NCBI GenBank assembly: GCA_045837725.1
Contig: JBEWZL010000216.1
Span: 1-64,000 of the forward strand
Source: Vermamoeba vermiformis
Lineage: Eukaryota
Reading direction: 5' to 3'
DNA length: 64,000 bases
Both the position numbers and the translations under genes were made by a program. Shown here piece after piece: positions 49,123-61,208 of the stretch. Each line of letters begins with the position of its first letter. The first letter of the stretch is position 1. The notes below the pieces were generated by a model. It was given only the letters and a program-made list of their open reading frames with translations, did no database searches and had not been told where the DNA came from.

Positions 49123-51192
49123 TTAGAACATGTAGTTCTTCAAGTGAGCGACAACAGCATCAATATCGGCTGTGGCGAGACCACTGATGAAGCCAATGTA
49201 CCCATCTGGACGAACAAGCACTGCAAGTCCCTTCGAGTGCTCTTCAAGATGGAATGCTTTGTGGAACTCTTTGGTGTCGTCACGCCACACTTGCACTCCT
49301 TCCACGTGACTGCCACCATCAGTGATCACTTCAGTCTGCACGAGCTCGTCCAACTTGCTCTCTTTGAGCTTGGCTTGAAGTTGGTCAACGCTCTTGTGCT
49401 CACCTTCATCATCGAGAATGAACACGTGGTGCTTGGTGGTCGCTTTGACAATATCGTGCGATGACTTTGACTTGGCGTCGGCAACACTGGTCAAATGGAA
49501 ATAGGGAAGACGACCACCCAGGAATTGAGAAGGAGAGTTGTACTTGAACAACTTGAAGAAGCCTCGAGGCTCACCGTAGTGCGAGGTGAGAGGAGATTGA
49601 GGATACGAAATGTCCATCTGGCCCATGTTGTTGGACATGCTCTCTCGAACAGCGTCCTAATATGCAATGAGCACTTAGTAACTATAACGATAGGACACGT
49701 GTGCCAACTTACGATCTCCGAGACAATGGGGAGAAGAGTGTTTCTCAAAGCTTGCAATATCTTCGAGTTAGTGCTGATCAAAGTGCGCATCTTGGCGGTG
49801 TTCTTGAGCACGTTATCAGCGTTGTGCTCACGCTCGAACGAGAAACTGTCGAGCAAGACGTCCTCTTTACCGTGACCCTATAAACGTGATTAGATCCAAT
49901 CGTTTCGATACTTTTGCAATGTAATTACCTTGAGAACGAGTGCTAATTTCCAAGCAAGATTGTGCGCGTCTTGAATACCAGTGTTCATGCCTTGACCACC
50001 AGCGGGAGTGTGCACGTGCGCAGCATCACCGCAAACCATTAATCGTGATTTTCTCATGGTCTCAACGCGGCGCTCGTTCAACTTGAACAATGAGATCCAA
50101 CGAGGGTTATAGAAAGTGACATGTTGACCCTAAACTGACGTTTAGCACGTGCACAATTGGTATATCGAATCAAAACTTACCATCGCGGCTGAGCGTTCGT
50201 TTACGATATCTTGCAACTCTTGCAAGGTGTATTCCTTGTCCAAGGCAGAATTGAAGTCGTCGCCAAAGTTAATCGCAATGCGGAATCGGCGCTCTTTCTC
50301 CTTCAACGGGAAAAATGCAACGAAGCCTTTCTCGTCGATAACAGTCGTGAGCTCGTTAGGAGAAGGGAAATCTTCTTTGATCTGGCAGTCTGCGGTCAAC
50401 CATGCGTCATTGACGGTGACACCTAAACAAATAGATTTAATTAATTCAATATTTTTCACAAATTGTATACTTTGCGTGAAACATACCGACAAAATTAGCT
50501 TTCATCGTCTTTCGCACGAGACTACGAGCACCATCGCAGCCAATAACGTATCTTGCAAGAATAACTTCGTCAGAATTTGTTGCGAGATTCTTAGCTGACA
50601 CGCGGACGAGGGTTTCTTCTTTGTCATCCGCTGAGGTTCGAGTAAACTCGACCAAGCTAGTAACCTCGTAGCCACGCTCGACGCTAACGCCATGCACATC
50701 TTTCAGGTTATCCAAAAAGATCTGTTCAGTCTCATCTTGCGGCAACATCAAGGCGAATTGGTATTCGGAGTGCACTTTATCCATAGTAACGTGAGCAAGG
50801 CGCTTAGCTCCGGCGTAGATACAAGCAGCACGGCACTTGAGACCTTGAGCCAAGAACTTGTCAGCCTGAGGAACAACTTCGAGGGATCTGGCGTGGACTG
50901 CAACAGCTTTTGACAAGGTATTGATGGCTGGTAGTTTCTCGAGGATGCGGAAAGATTTAACTCCGTGACGAGCGAGCTCATTAGCCATAAACAAGCCTAC
51001 TGGGCCACCACCTAAAAAAAGTATACAGATTAGATCGGGATTTTGGTAAAGATATGCGCAATTTCTATTTTAATCAATTTATCACATACACGCTAAAGCT
51101 TAATTTAAATCGTAATAAATAGCTAGCGTTATTTAACGGTTGAGAAAGGGATACTTGCCTACGATCAGAACGTCGACTACGGGACTCTCCAT
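49123..51192 (-). CDS. FAD-dependent monooxygenase, copy B
   Basis: [63 protein letters not shown]; same intron positions as copy A. Confidence 0.92.
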
Positions 51193-52149
51193 TTGATTGT
51201 TGCTTGCGAGTATTGGTGTGTTGTGTTTGTTATCTTCAACGAGAATTGAATGTTTGTCAAGTGGCAAAAACAAGATATTTATACCCGAGGAGGCGGAAGT
51301 AATTTGTTACGGGTATACCAACCTCGGAACACTCCCTGACGAGATTACAATCTCTTGTGTCAGTTGATAAGTTACTTACTGGTATTGTAATTACCTTTTA
51401 ATCATCAGGATCGCGGTACTGCTTCTCCTATTGGCTGCCCACCATGTGCCACGAGGTTCGCGTTGCATCCACAAAAGCATCTAAAACAAAGGTCTGTGAA
51501 GGGTTAATAACGGCAAGTACGATAATACGCACCTGCTCCGGTGGGAGGCACGCGAACTATCTTTTGTCTAAGAGCTACAGATCGTTTATAAATTCACCAA
51601 ACTTTAACATTAATCTCTGGAGCAAAAATAGGAGCAGCGGAGCGGAACCTCAAGTGTTGGCTGTAAATTACGGCATATTATTATTTAGTTGCGACTTCTA
51701 CTCTCGTAATAATAGGCCAGACAAGTCCAACGCTAACCAAAAGATGGTAAATCCAGTAAACTTTTACCTGCAGATTAGTGAGCAAATTATCCTGGTACTT
51801 GTCCACGACCAATTATTATTGAATAAATATTATAAATAATTATGATTATTCTAACGATCGTACTAAAACCCGCAGTGGGCGTCCACGCATTAATTCTGAA
51901 TCGGCTGCATAAGGATTTGCCCGGACGAAAAAATGAAAGCCATCGCGGTATATTGTGGCTGTAGGTTCGCTGCTTTAAAATATATTAATCCATTGGTGTT
52001 GTATGTTACGAGTCAAAAAAAAGTCAACGTGGACAGCGACAAAAAAAATCAACGCAAACAACATTCGCGATTTCCTCGAAATAGAGTGACCACCTTGCAT
52101 TTACAGGAAACAACCTTAGCACAAAATAGCCCGCTTTCGCAAGTTAAAA

Positions 52150-54548
52150 ATGGACTACAACAAACTCACCGTTGCCAAGCTGAAGGAAGAGCTGAAGAAG
52201 CGAGGCCTCGAAACTGACGTACGTTGGAAAAGCGAATCGTCGATTTTGCTCCCAAAATTTTGTACTAATATTGCGCGAATATTATAGGGCAAGAAAGCCG
52301 AGTTAATTGAGCGTTTGGAGGAAGATGACAACACCAACGGCGAGGGAGGCGACAAAAAGAAAGAAGAAAGCGAAGAGGAAGAGAAACCTAAGATAGGTAA
52401 ATTTAAAATAATATTTAAATAATAATCGCCGTTTACTGCAAAATTCTAACTCAAATTCCCCTAAAAAAATATCAATGGGCGCGCAGATTCTGACTGACAA
52501 TTTATTTTAGGAACAAAGAGAAAAGCCGAAGAACCTGCTGCAGACGAGCCTGCTGGTAAATATTTATTGCAAATAACTAAAATTAAATTCGACTAACTCC
52601 ATCCGTTTGACAGTCAAGAAACAGAAAACTGGCAAACCTAAGGTCGACGAGTGCTGCAGCTTGTCCGGCGTAAGTAACAAATATTTGCCAAGCAAATTGC
52701 ATTGCTGAAATCATCGTTACAAAGGTCTCTGTCGTGGATGACTACGCCGCCATGTTGAATCAGACCAACGTCGGTCAGAACAACAACAAATTTTATGTTA
52801 TTCAAGTGCTCACTAATGGCTCCACTTATTGGTCATTCAATCGCTGGGGTCGTGTTGGAGAGAACGGCCAACAGAAGACATCTGCTTTTGGCTCCAACAA
52901 GAACGGTGCCATCGCTGACTTTGAGAAAAAGTAAGGCCTCTAAAAAAATAGTTAATTTAATCTTGAAGATTCTTTTGAAACGGCGCCGTTTGAAATCGAT
53001 TTCAGATGCTAATCTGTTTGACAGATTCAAGGACAAAACTGGCAACCTTTGGGCCAACCGCGACAGTTTCGTCAAGAAGAACGGCAAGTATGATTTGCTC
53101 GATATGGAATACGAAGACGATGCTGTTGAGGTGAGTTCCAACCATGCCTACCTGAACGTTCCAACGGCTAACTCGTATTTTCAATAGGTGAAAACTACTT
53201 CAGGTGGCGATTCTAAGCCCAAGAAGGTCCGCGATTCTGCTCTGCCTCCTCAGACTCGTAACCTTATCAAGTTGATTTTCGATCACGACATGTTCAAGAG
53301 CGGTAAGCAATGCGGGACGTGGCGATCACACCACCCTTTTTTGCCTCTGAATTGCTAGAGTTTAACGTAATTTTGCACTATAGCCCTCCAAAAGATGGAG
53401 ATCGATACTAAGAAAATGCCTTTGGGTAAAATCAGCAAGACCCAGATCGCAAAAGGTCGCGAAATTCTTGCCGAGTTGGATGAAGAGATCAAGTCTGGCA
53501 AGCCAAACCGTGCTAACTTGATCGAGTTGAGCTCTCGTTTCTTCACTACTATCCCTCACTCTTTCGGTCGTAACCAACCTCCTGTGTTGTCTCAAGCCGA
53601 AGAAGTCCAAAAGAAGTTCGATCTGTTGAACACCTTGTCCGATATCGAGTTGGCTAACTCTTTGATGGGCAACGAGAAGAACGACGGTGATGAAGTCGAC
53701 GACCCCTTGGACGCCAAGTACAAGACACTTGATTGCGACCTCGAGTACGTCCATCCTTCTGCTGACGAATGGAAGACCATCAAGAAGTACGTTGACAACA
53801 CCCGATCTGGCAACCAAGTCGAGTTGGCTGAAGTCTTCCGCGTGAATCGTAAATCCGAAGGCAAGAGATTCGCTGTTCACGATGACCTCGACAACCGCAA
53901 GTTGTTGTGGCACGGTACCAAGGTCGCCGTCGTTGCCGCCATTTTGAACACTGGTTTGCGTATTATGCCTCACTCTGGTGGTCGTGTCGGTAGAGGCAGT
54001 AAGTATCTAACGATTAACAATAGTTATACGGTATCACCACTTTTATTCCCCAATACGCGAATCTGTGGATGATCAACTTCTTCAGAGTTATTAACTTAGT
54101 TCCTACTAGTTTACTTTGCCTCTGAGAACGCCAAGTCTGCTAGCTACGTCGGCACTTGCGCTGAGCCCGGTCAAAAGGAGCAAACTGGTATCATGTTCTT
54201 GAACGAAGTCGTGCTCGGCAAAGAACACCACATCACTCGCGATGATCCTTCGCTCGTTGCTGCTCCTAAGGGCTTCGATTGCGTTATTGCTAAGGGCCAC
54301 ACTGAGCCTGATCCTAAGGATGACGTTACTTTGTAAGTTGCAAGCGCTGGATGCTACTGCACGTCGATCTAACACATTTCCAAAGGGATATCGAGGGCAA
54401 GAAAGTCGTTGTGCCGTGCGGCAAGGCTATTAACATGCCTCAATACAAGAGCAGCACTTTCATGCACAGCGAGTACCTCGTCTACAAGGAGAGTCAAGTT
54501 CGCATCCGTTACTTGTTGAAGCTTAAGTTCAAGAACAGCTGGTGGTAA
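52150..54548 (+). CDS. Poly/mono-ADP-ribosyltransferase, SAP-WGR-regulatory-catalytic architecture (PARP3-like catalytic region)
   Basis: SAP: KLTVAKLKEELKKRGLETDGKKAELIERL. WGR: NNNKFYVIQ...NRWGRVG. Regulatory: KMPLGKIS, LSSRFFTTIPH. Catalytic: LWHGT, GRVGRG-YFA, SEYLVY. Confidence 0.93.
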
Positions 54549-54702
54549 ACAATTTCAATTGAAGTCAATCCTTTTCATGAAACAGCTGTTTTTTTGTTAG
54601 ATAAATAGTAATTAATTCGCTCGGTGCTTGTCTTGGGCGTCGGAATTTTTAAACGGTCCTCGTCTTTGACCATTTTACTTCAACTAACTACTAGTACCAC
54701 TA

Positions 54703-55770
54703 ATGAGCACCCACACGTTTATTCATCCGGAGATCCTCACGCTGGAAAACCTTGAGGGGTTTTCGGATGAGTTCTTGGCTGCATTGAAAAGCGAGAATAT
54801 TTTCGATAGCATGTTAAATATTATAGAAATGAAAACATACGGCGTTTGGTCATTTCCGTGCTTAAAGAAAGAGTTCTGCGCGAAGCTAATCGAAGATCTC
54901 GAAGCAGTCGAAAGAAATCCGACACTAAGAATTACCAGACCCAACTCTATGAACCGTTATGGTATAATCTTGAAGGGTAATTTCAAATTTATAAAGAGAA
55001 AAAATTCAATTTTAATAATTTAATTTCAGATCTTGGCTTTGGTCCTTTAGTTTCAGTTTTGCTCGAGCAATGCATTTCAATATTATCTCAAATAATTTTT
55101 GGAGTCACCGACATCCCACATTATCATGCTTTCACAGTAAGTGTAAAGATACGGGTAGCTAGTCCGCGTCTTTACAATATATAAACAAGGCTAATATAAA
55201 ACTAACCTTTATTTGTGTCGTACAGGTTCGTACGGGTTAACGAACTATTAAAAAGTTCGTTCCCAAATAAATCTCTTTTGACGAGATTTTCCGTCTCGTC
55301 ACATAAGGTGAGTGTGTGTCTTGTTTCCTCCGTGAAGTTTATCTAAATGGCTCCTAGGTACCAGAAAGGGGAAGATTTAGATTTGAAAACGCATGTAGAC
55401 GATAGTGATATTACTTTGAATATTTGTCTCGGTAAAGAATTCACTGGATCAAAGCTTTACTTTCAAGGTATGAGTTAGCCGGCGTTTCATCGAATATTTA
55501 TTTACCATCGTGCATAGGTTATCACGGAACAGCATTGCAAAAGATTCCAGCAAATATTCAAGTTAACAGACGAGATAACGATGTCACAGAATTCGATCAT
55601 GAGGTAGGAACCGCGTTCATTCATTTTGGAAAGCACATCCATGGAGCTCGGTAAATATGACAATAATAGGTTATATTTGACACCTACTAACTATTAATAC
55701 CAGAAAAATCGATTCTGGAGAGCGTGTAAATTTGATTATTTGGTGCAAACATGAGCCCTTCAAACTGTAA
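54703..55770 (+). CDS. 2OG-Fe(II) oxygenase (OGFOD2/lysyl-hydroxylase-like)
   Basis: RPNSMNRYGIIL, HAF, LKTHVDDSDITLNICLGKEFTG, HFGKHIHGA, GERVNLIIW. Confidence 0.85.
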
Positions 55771-55867
55771 TTTAAAGTGACAAGCTCGGTTATGGCGATG
55801 TAAATATTGGACCTTAAATAGTTGCATTCATTTACACGTAGCATTTGCAATATGTTACAGTGGTTTA

Positions 55868-57302
55868 TTAAATTACTCGTCGGATGGTCAGATCTCCGAT
55901 CAATTCGTCGACTACAGAGGAGAAGTCAATTGATATCCCGTCGTAATTGATTCGCGAGAGTATTTCTTTCCATATTTCTAGTGGTAACAAGTTGTCCTCG
56001 GACCTGCTGTTCCTCAGGATGTTGAAAATGAGTGTCACGATGTTGACCACTTTAATATTTTGATGCCTCCTGTTACGCTTGACCAAGTCTTGCATGGAGC
56101 GATAATCTAATTCACCTGCAATATTTTCGCACGCATACATGGATACTATTGTTTGATTTGTGTCCAGCGTGTCAATGAGAAACTTGCAGCCTGGCATATT
56201 ACTGAATAAAGAAGGTCTGCGCTCGGGTTTTTCATAGTCTACTGTCATATATAGTTGCTTTAATGAAGTGTTATCGATCAACATGTCTTGGATATGGTTG
56301 CAAACTTTGAGGGCTTCAGTTACACGTAATAATGTCAGTTTCTCGATCTTATTATGCTGAATTATCTTATATAGATTCAAAAATGAATCTCCTTTCTTAA
56401 ATAGCAGTCCAGTGTCCAGGCACAACGACCGTAAATTCTTCATACTTTCGCCGCTGAAATTATCTCCGAACAATCTCTCCAAATTATCACAATTAGTATC
56501 GGAATATCGTGTCTTGTAAGTGAAGCTTTCTAGGGCGTGGTTATGTTCCACTAATTTCGCTATAGATCGGAGTAGCTCCCACCGATTAGAGAACAGATCC
56601 AGCCTAACTTTCCGCAGCTGCTTCTTTATAATAAAATCGCATAGCTCCGAAAAACTTTCATATGTATTGATATCAGATTTCATAACTAAGGCAAATCCAT
56701 TTAAATTCATCACCGTCATTGCTTGGGTGATCAGATCCACGTCTTCGTCTTTCAATTTGAACGTAACTATTTTTAAAGTTGTGTTGATGTGTTTCGGACT
56801 AATAAATCCTGATAGCAGCAATGGCTCTAATAGCTGTTTTATATCTTTTTCTGTCTTTTGAATCGAGAGTGAGATCTCCTTGACGGATCTATTCCGAGCT
56901 AGAAAATTTTTGAGTTCGCCATTATTGTTTGTTATCAATCTAGTGACTGTTGTTACTGGAAATATAATTTTTGTAATATTTTTGTGCAATGACGCGAATA
57001 GAATTCCGATTTCTTGATCTGTGACGTCTGGTTTGATGATAATTCTTCTAACGGACCAACTTTTCTTTATCGCGTCGCATAAAATGCTAAAATGTTCGCC
57101 AGAGCTGCACACAAGCCGTTCTATTTTTTCAATCCGAAAGGGGTTGCCGAGTTTCAGTGCTTTCTCGAGCTCAAACTCGTTGTTCACCTAAAATAATTAA
57201 TTAAAATTTTACAATATTCATTGATTAAAAGGAGGCACGCCTGGATTTAATAAACGAATAAAATAAAAAATCAAATTGTTGAGCCCTTACAATTGTCTCC
57301 AT
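55868..57302 (-). CDS. RNI/LRR-like protein with a C-terminal F-box-like motif
   Basis: 439-codon exon plus a probable 4-codon first exon (METI, 57291-57302). Repeated LxxNxxLxxL patterns (FLARNRSVKEISL, LVEHNHALESF, LIDNTSLKQL). C-terminal LLPLEIWKEILSRI. Confidence 0.65.
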
Positions 57303-57603
57303 CCTTCACTTGGCTTGATAATACCATTTAACTTACGATTAGATAATTTCTGCCGAGCTACCGAAAATGCAACGACATCAAATTCGAGAGATCTAAGCGA
57401 TAATCCACTCGTGAAGAAAACCGTTGAAGCGAGTCTGGAGTCGTTGCATGTCGTAAGATCTGAGGTTTACAGTTAGTTCGACATTCTTTATTGCTCTAGT
57501 TCTAGGCACGAGGCGTTTAGCCTTGATCTCGTAAAAACATTTATTTGTTTTTGCATTTAATGTTACACCACATTTTCAAAGGGGCTAAAACCTCTTTTAT
57601 TAG

Positions 57604-59423
57604 AAATGGTCTACCTAAGTATAATGTAGTAGGATCACGATCAAGAAGGAGGCAGCGAAACACGTTCAATCATGAGACGGATGATCGGATTGGATCACTG
57701 GACAATTACAGAGAGGCATACAAGCACGACAAGCCTTATAAAAAAATCGAAAAAACTCAGGAAGATTATATGGCCGAGTTGATAGCTAGATTAGAGACGC
57801 CAGAGCCGAAAGAAAATTCGGATGTCGAGGAAAAAATTATTAAAAGGGCAAAAACTGCGTCAAAATCATTAAAAGCAAAGAAGACCGTAAAAAAGAAGGT
57901 ACAGAAATCCACAGAAAATAAAGAAGAAAATATTCAGCCAACTCAGCCTGCTGAAACTCACTCCACAAAAGTGGATCGTTTTGCAAAGCTTACTGAAGAG
58001 GTAATAATCAAACACTTTCATTATTTATGAATTACGGATCATGATAGTAATACCGAGTATTCGAACAGATTCGAGAGATCGCAGATCAGTTGCGACCTAG
58101 CGTGACGTCTCTCGAGCCAATTTTAGAATTACGACAGCGACTAAAAGATTGGATAATAAAAGAACAATGGATTAGCCGGAGATACGTACCAACTGTCGAA
58201 ATATTTGGCAGCACTATGAGCGGATTAGCTTTAAATGGCAACGCTGGTATGAAAGGGCTTAATCCTTGACAAAAAATTATTCAACGACTAACATCAATCA
58301 TACTTTTAGATGTGGACGTGTGTTTATTGACGAACATGCCGTTTTCAATCGACTATCAAAAGAATTACAAAATCGCCTTTCACAACGAGCTAAAAGGCAG
58401 GCAGAAAGAATACGTCGTTGAATCGGATGATTTTCCCGAAGACAAATTAGCCCGGATATTTGCAAGTCATTTGCGAGCCAGTAAGTTCAGATCCAGATCT
58501 TCCTTCAAAAACGAAACTAATCTCACTGTTCTTTAGAGAAAATGAAAAGCATTTTGCCGATTCCATATGCAAAGGTTCCTATTGTCAAGTTTCATGACCC
58601 AGTTTCGAAGATGAATGTAGATCTGAGCTTCAACAATCCACTCGGCCTGTTCAATACGAAGTTAATCAGGGACTATGTAAATATGGACCCTAGAGTATCT
58701 GATCTCGCATTCGTCATCAAGTATTGGTCTAAAGCACGAGGAATCAATGATCCACCTTCAGGTATGGCTTTAAATGACACGTGTCATGTTGCACACTACG
58801 TCATCGTAACCTCGTTTAAAAAATTTATTCCTGACTGTTTTATTTAGGCACGCTGTCTTCGTACGCCTATGTTCAGATGCTGCTGTTCTATTTGCAAGTC
58901 AAGAACACGCCAATCTTGCCGAGCTTGCAAGATCTAGCTGCGAACAAGGACTTGATCAAAACGAAAAAAGACTTCATGCGAGTATCAGTTGAAGGCTGGG
59001 ACTGCACGAGACTAAGCGCGCGATTGTTTAAAGAGTTTTCTGCAAGAAATAACGAGTCATTAGGGTGCGTGAACGCTGCTGCTTGTGCACTCGACGCTAA
59101 CGATAATTTTGCGCAGGGAATTATTGGTTGGCTTTTTCGACTATTACGCACGCCACTTCGACTTCAGGAATACCATCGTTAGCATTAGGGCTGCACGTGA
59201 ACTTCCAAAATCGCCCGAGTATTCGATGTGCGTGCAATCATCGCCTGGATCTAAGCTCCAAAAGTTCATTGCGATCGAAGATCCGTTCAAGTTGACGCAC
59301 AACCTTGGAAGAGGAGCCAATAAGGACAACGCGCGACTTATTATTAGCGAGTTTGAACGTGCTTATACCATTCTAAAGCATGGAGGCGGATTAGCAGAGC
59401 TGATGGATCTAAGCGTGGAATAA
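57604..59423 (+). CDS. Cid1/TUTase-family (non-canonical poly(A)/poly(U)) nucleotidyltransferase; 5' end unresolved
   Basis: IFGSTMSGL...DVDVC, AKVPIVKF, VDLSFNNPLGLFNTKLI, IKYWSKARGIND...GTLSSYAY, IAIEDPFKLTHNLG. Confidence 0.88.
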
Positions 59424-59798
59424 AAATAATCGAAGATTTTGGACTTTCCTTTTGGTTGCAAAGGTGACGTTGCCTTAATTTAGGTTAATTTTACTGACAT
59501 GTTTTGGTACGTTAATAGCGCTAGAATAGATGGCTGACTATTTTCTGAACACAAAAGAGCGGATCTCTTTCCCGACGGAATTTCCCGAATCAGTCCATTG
59601 TCGTCACGCAACTTTTGATAGCCATTTATTTTCATGCGCCAGGCAAGTTTAATAACTCTTTTGTTTCTCCGCAGACCAGCACAAACGGATCAGCGAAGAT
59701 CTGACTCGTTTGCTCTGGGAGAGTAGCGGAACATTAAATCGATAGTTAATATTAAACTTTTGAGTTTCTTTTAATTTGGTATTAATAACTTATTTTAG

Positions 59799-60678
59799 TA
59801 ATCTTCGGCCTCATCCAAATGTCGTTCAAATCCTTGGTATTTCAACTGATGGAGTGAACGTTGTGATGATCATGGAGTTCTGTGACGGTGGAAGCCTGGA
59901 CAATCTCGTGTTCAAGAAGAATCCACCAATGAAAAAGAAGATTCATTTGTTGTCAGGCATTGCCAAAGGAATCTATCACTTGCACAAGAACAAGATCGTT
60001 CATCGTGATCTTGCTGCGAGAAATGTTTTGGTACGTTAACTTTGCTTACCTTGAACTGCAGTTATCAGCGCAGTCCAAACGAGATGACGCTAATCGTTCA
60101 ATACTTACAGCTATTGCGCGGTGAGCCAAAGATTTCTGTAAGTCAACACGGATCTAGGGATGAGTCATATTAATATTCGATAGGACTTTGGTATGTCTCG
60201 TAAACTTCAGGACGCAATGGCGCACGGTCAAACGAAAGCAACAGTTGGACCAATCAGATGGATGGTACGTTTTGTCGCAACATCAGTGCGGAAAAAATTA
60301 GTTAATTCTGTCGCGGTTTAGGCACCCGAGTGCTTGCGCACAGCAAAGTACAGCACCAAGTCGGATGTTTGGAGCTTTGGCATTTTGTGTTGGGAAGTGC
60401 TGAGTGGTGAAGAGCCTCACTTGAACAGCGATCCACTCACGATTGGAGTTGCAATTCGAGATCAAGGAGTGACTCCAACGATGAATACTGAATGGGATCC
60501 TGCACTTCAATCGTTGCTCAAAGATTGTTGGAATATTGACCCTGAGCAGCGACCGGTAAGAATGCGTTGCCTGTTGCCTAGCATGTGTTTATTGTTACTT
60601 AAATATAATTCATTAATTATTATTTAAAAACAGGAGTTTGACGAGATTTGCGAGCGGCTACGCAGGCTGGATGCATAA
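59799..60678 (+). pseudogene. 5'-truncated TKL kinase duplicate (subdomains IV-XI only)
   Basis: Begins at NLRPHPNVVQ and is near-identical in protein to 63602-63837. No Gly-loop, catalytic Lys, TM or ectodomain exons are visible in the ~375 bp upstream. Confidence 0.65.
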
Positions 60679-61208
60679 GAGCATTGCTGCAGAAACGAAC
60701 TCACGGATGCTTTTTGGACAAGATCTGGAATACTTTCGGCCAAAACTACCCTGTAAGGACTTGTCGTTTTGACAGTAAGGAAAAGTTCACTCAATAATTA
60801 ATCCGTGTACGAGATCAGATCGCACCAATTTTCGTTCGTGCTCATACCGAAGATAAAGAAAGTCAACCACCTGTTACAATTTGACAATTTTAATACTTTT
60901 GCTGCAACTACGTGCGGATCTGTCAGACGGGAAATAGATCGTCGATCTGACGTTGGTGAAGATGGACTGCCGCGGCGGAACATCGAAATGTAAGTGCGAA
61001 TAACATGAATCAACGAAATCTAACTCTTATCTTGCGTTTGTTATAGAGAAAATGACCCGCAAACGTATTTCAGATTTTATCATGCGAATCACAAAGTGAC
61101 AACTGACAAGCGAATTGACTTTTTGGTGGACAACATATTATTTTTTTAACTCATAGCTACGTGCGAACATAACACAACTGCTAGCTCGTAATTGAGCTGA
61201 TTCAAGTC

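Noticed and set aside
51444-52100. ORFs of 131 and 94 aa between the monooxygenase and the PARP
   Set aside because: No motifs or coding-like composition; probably a divergent promoter region.
53362-53973. 203-aa antisense ORF over the PARP (and similar ones over the ABCB, monooxygenase and kinase genes)
   Set aside because: Shadow ORFs caused by codon bias of the sense-strand gene.
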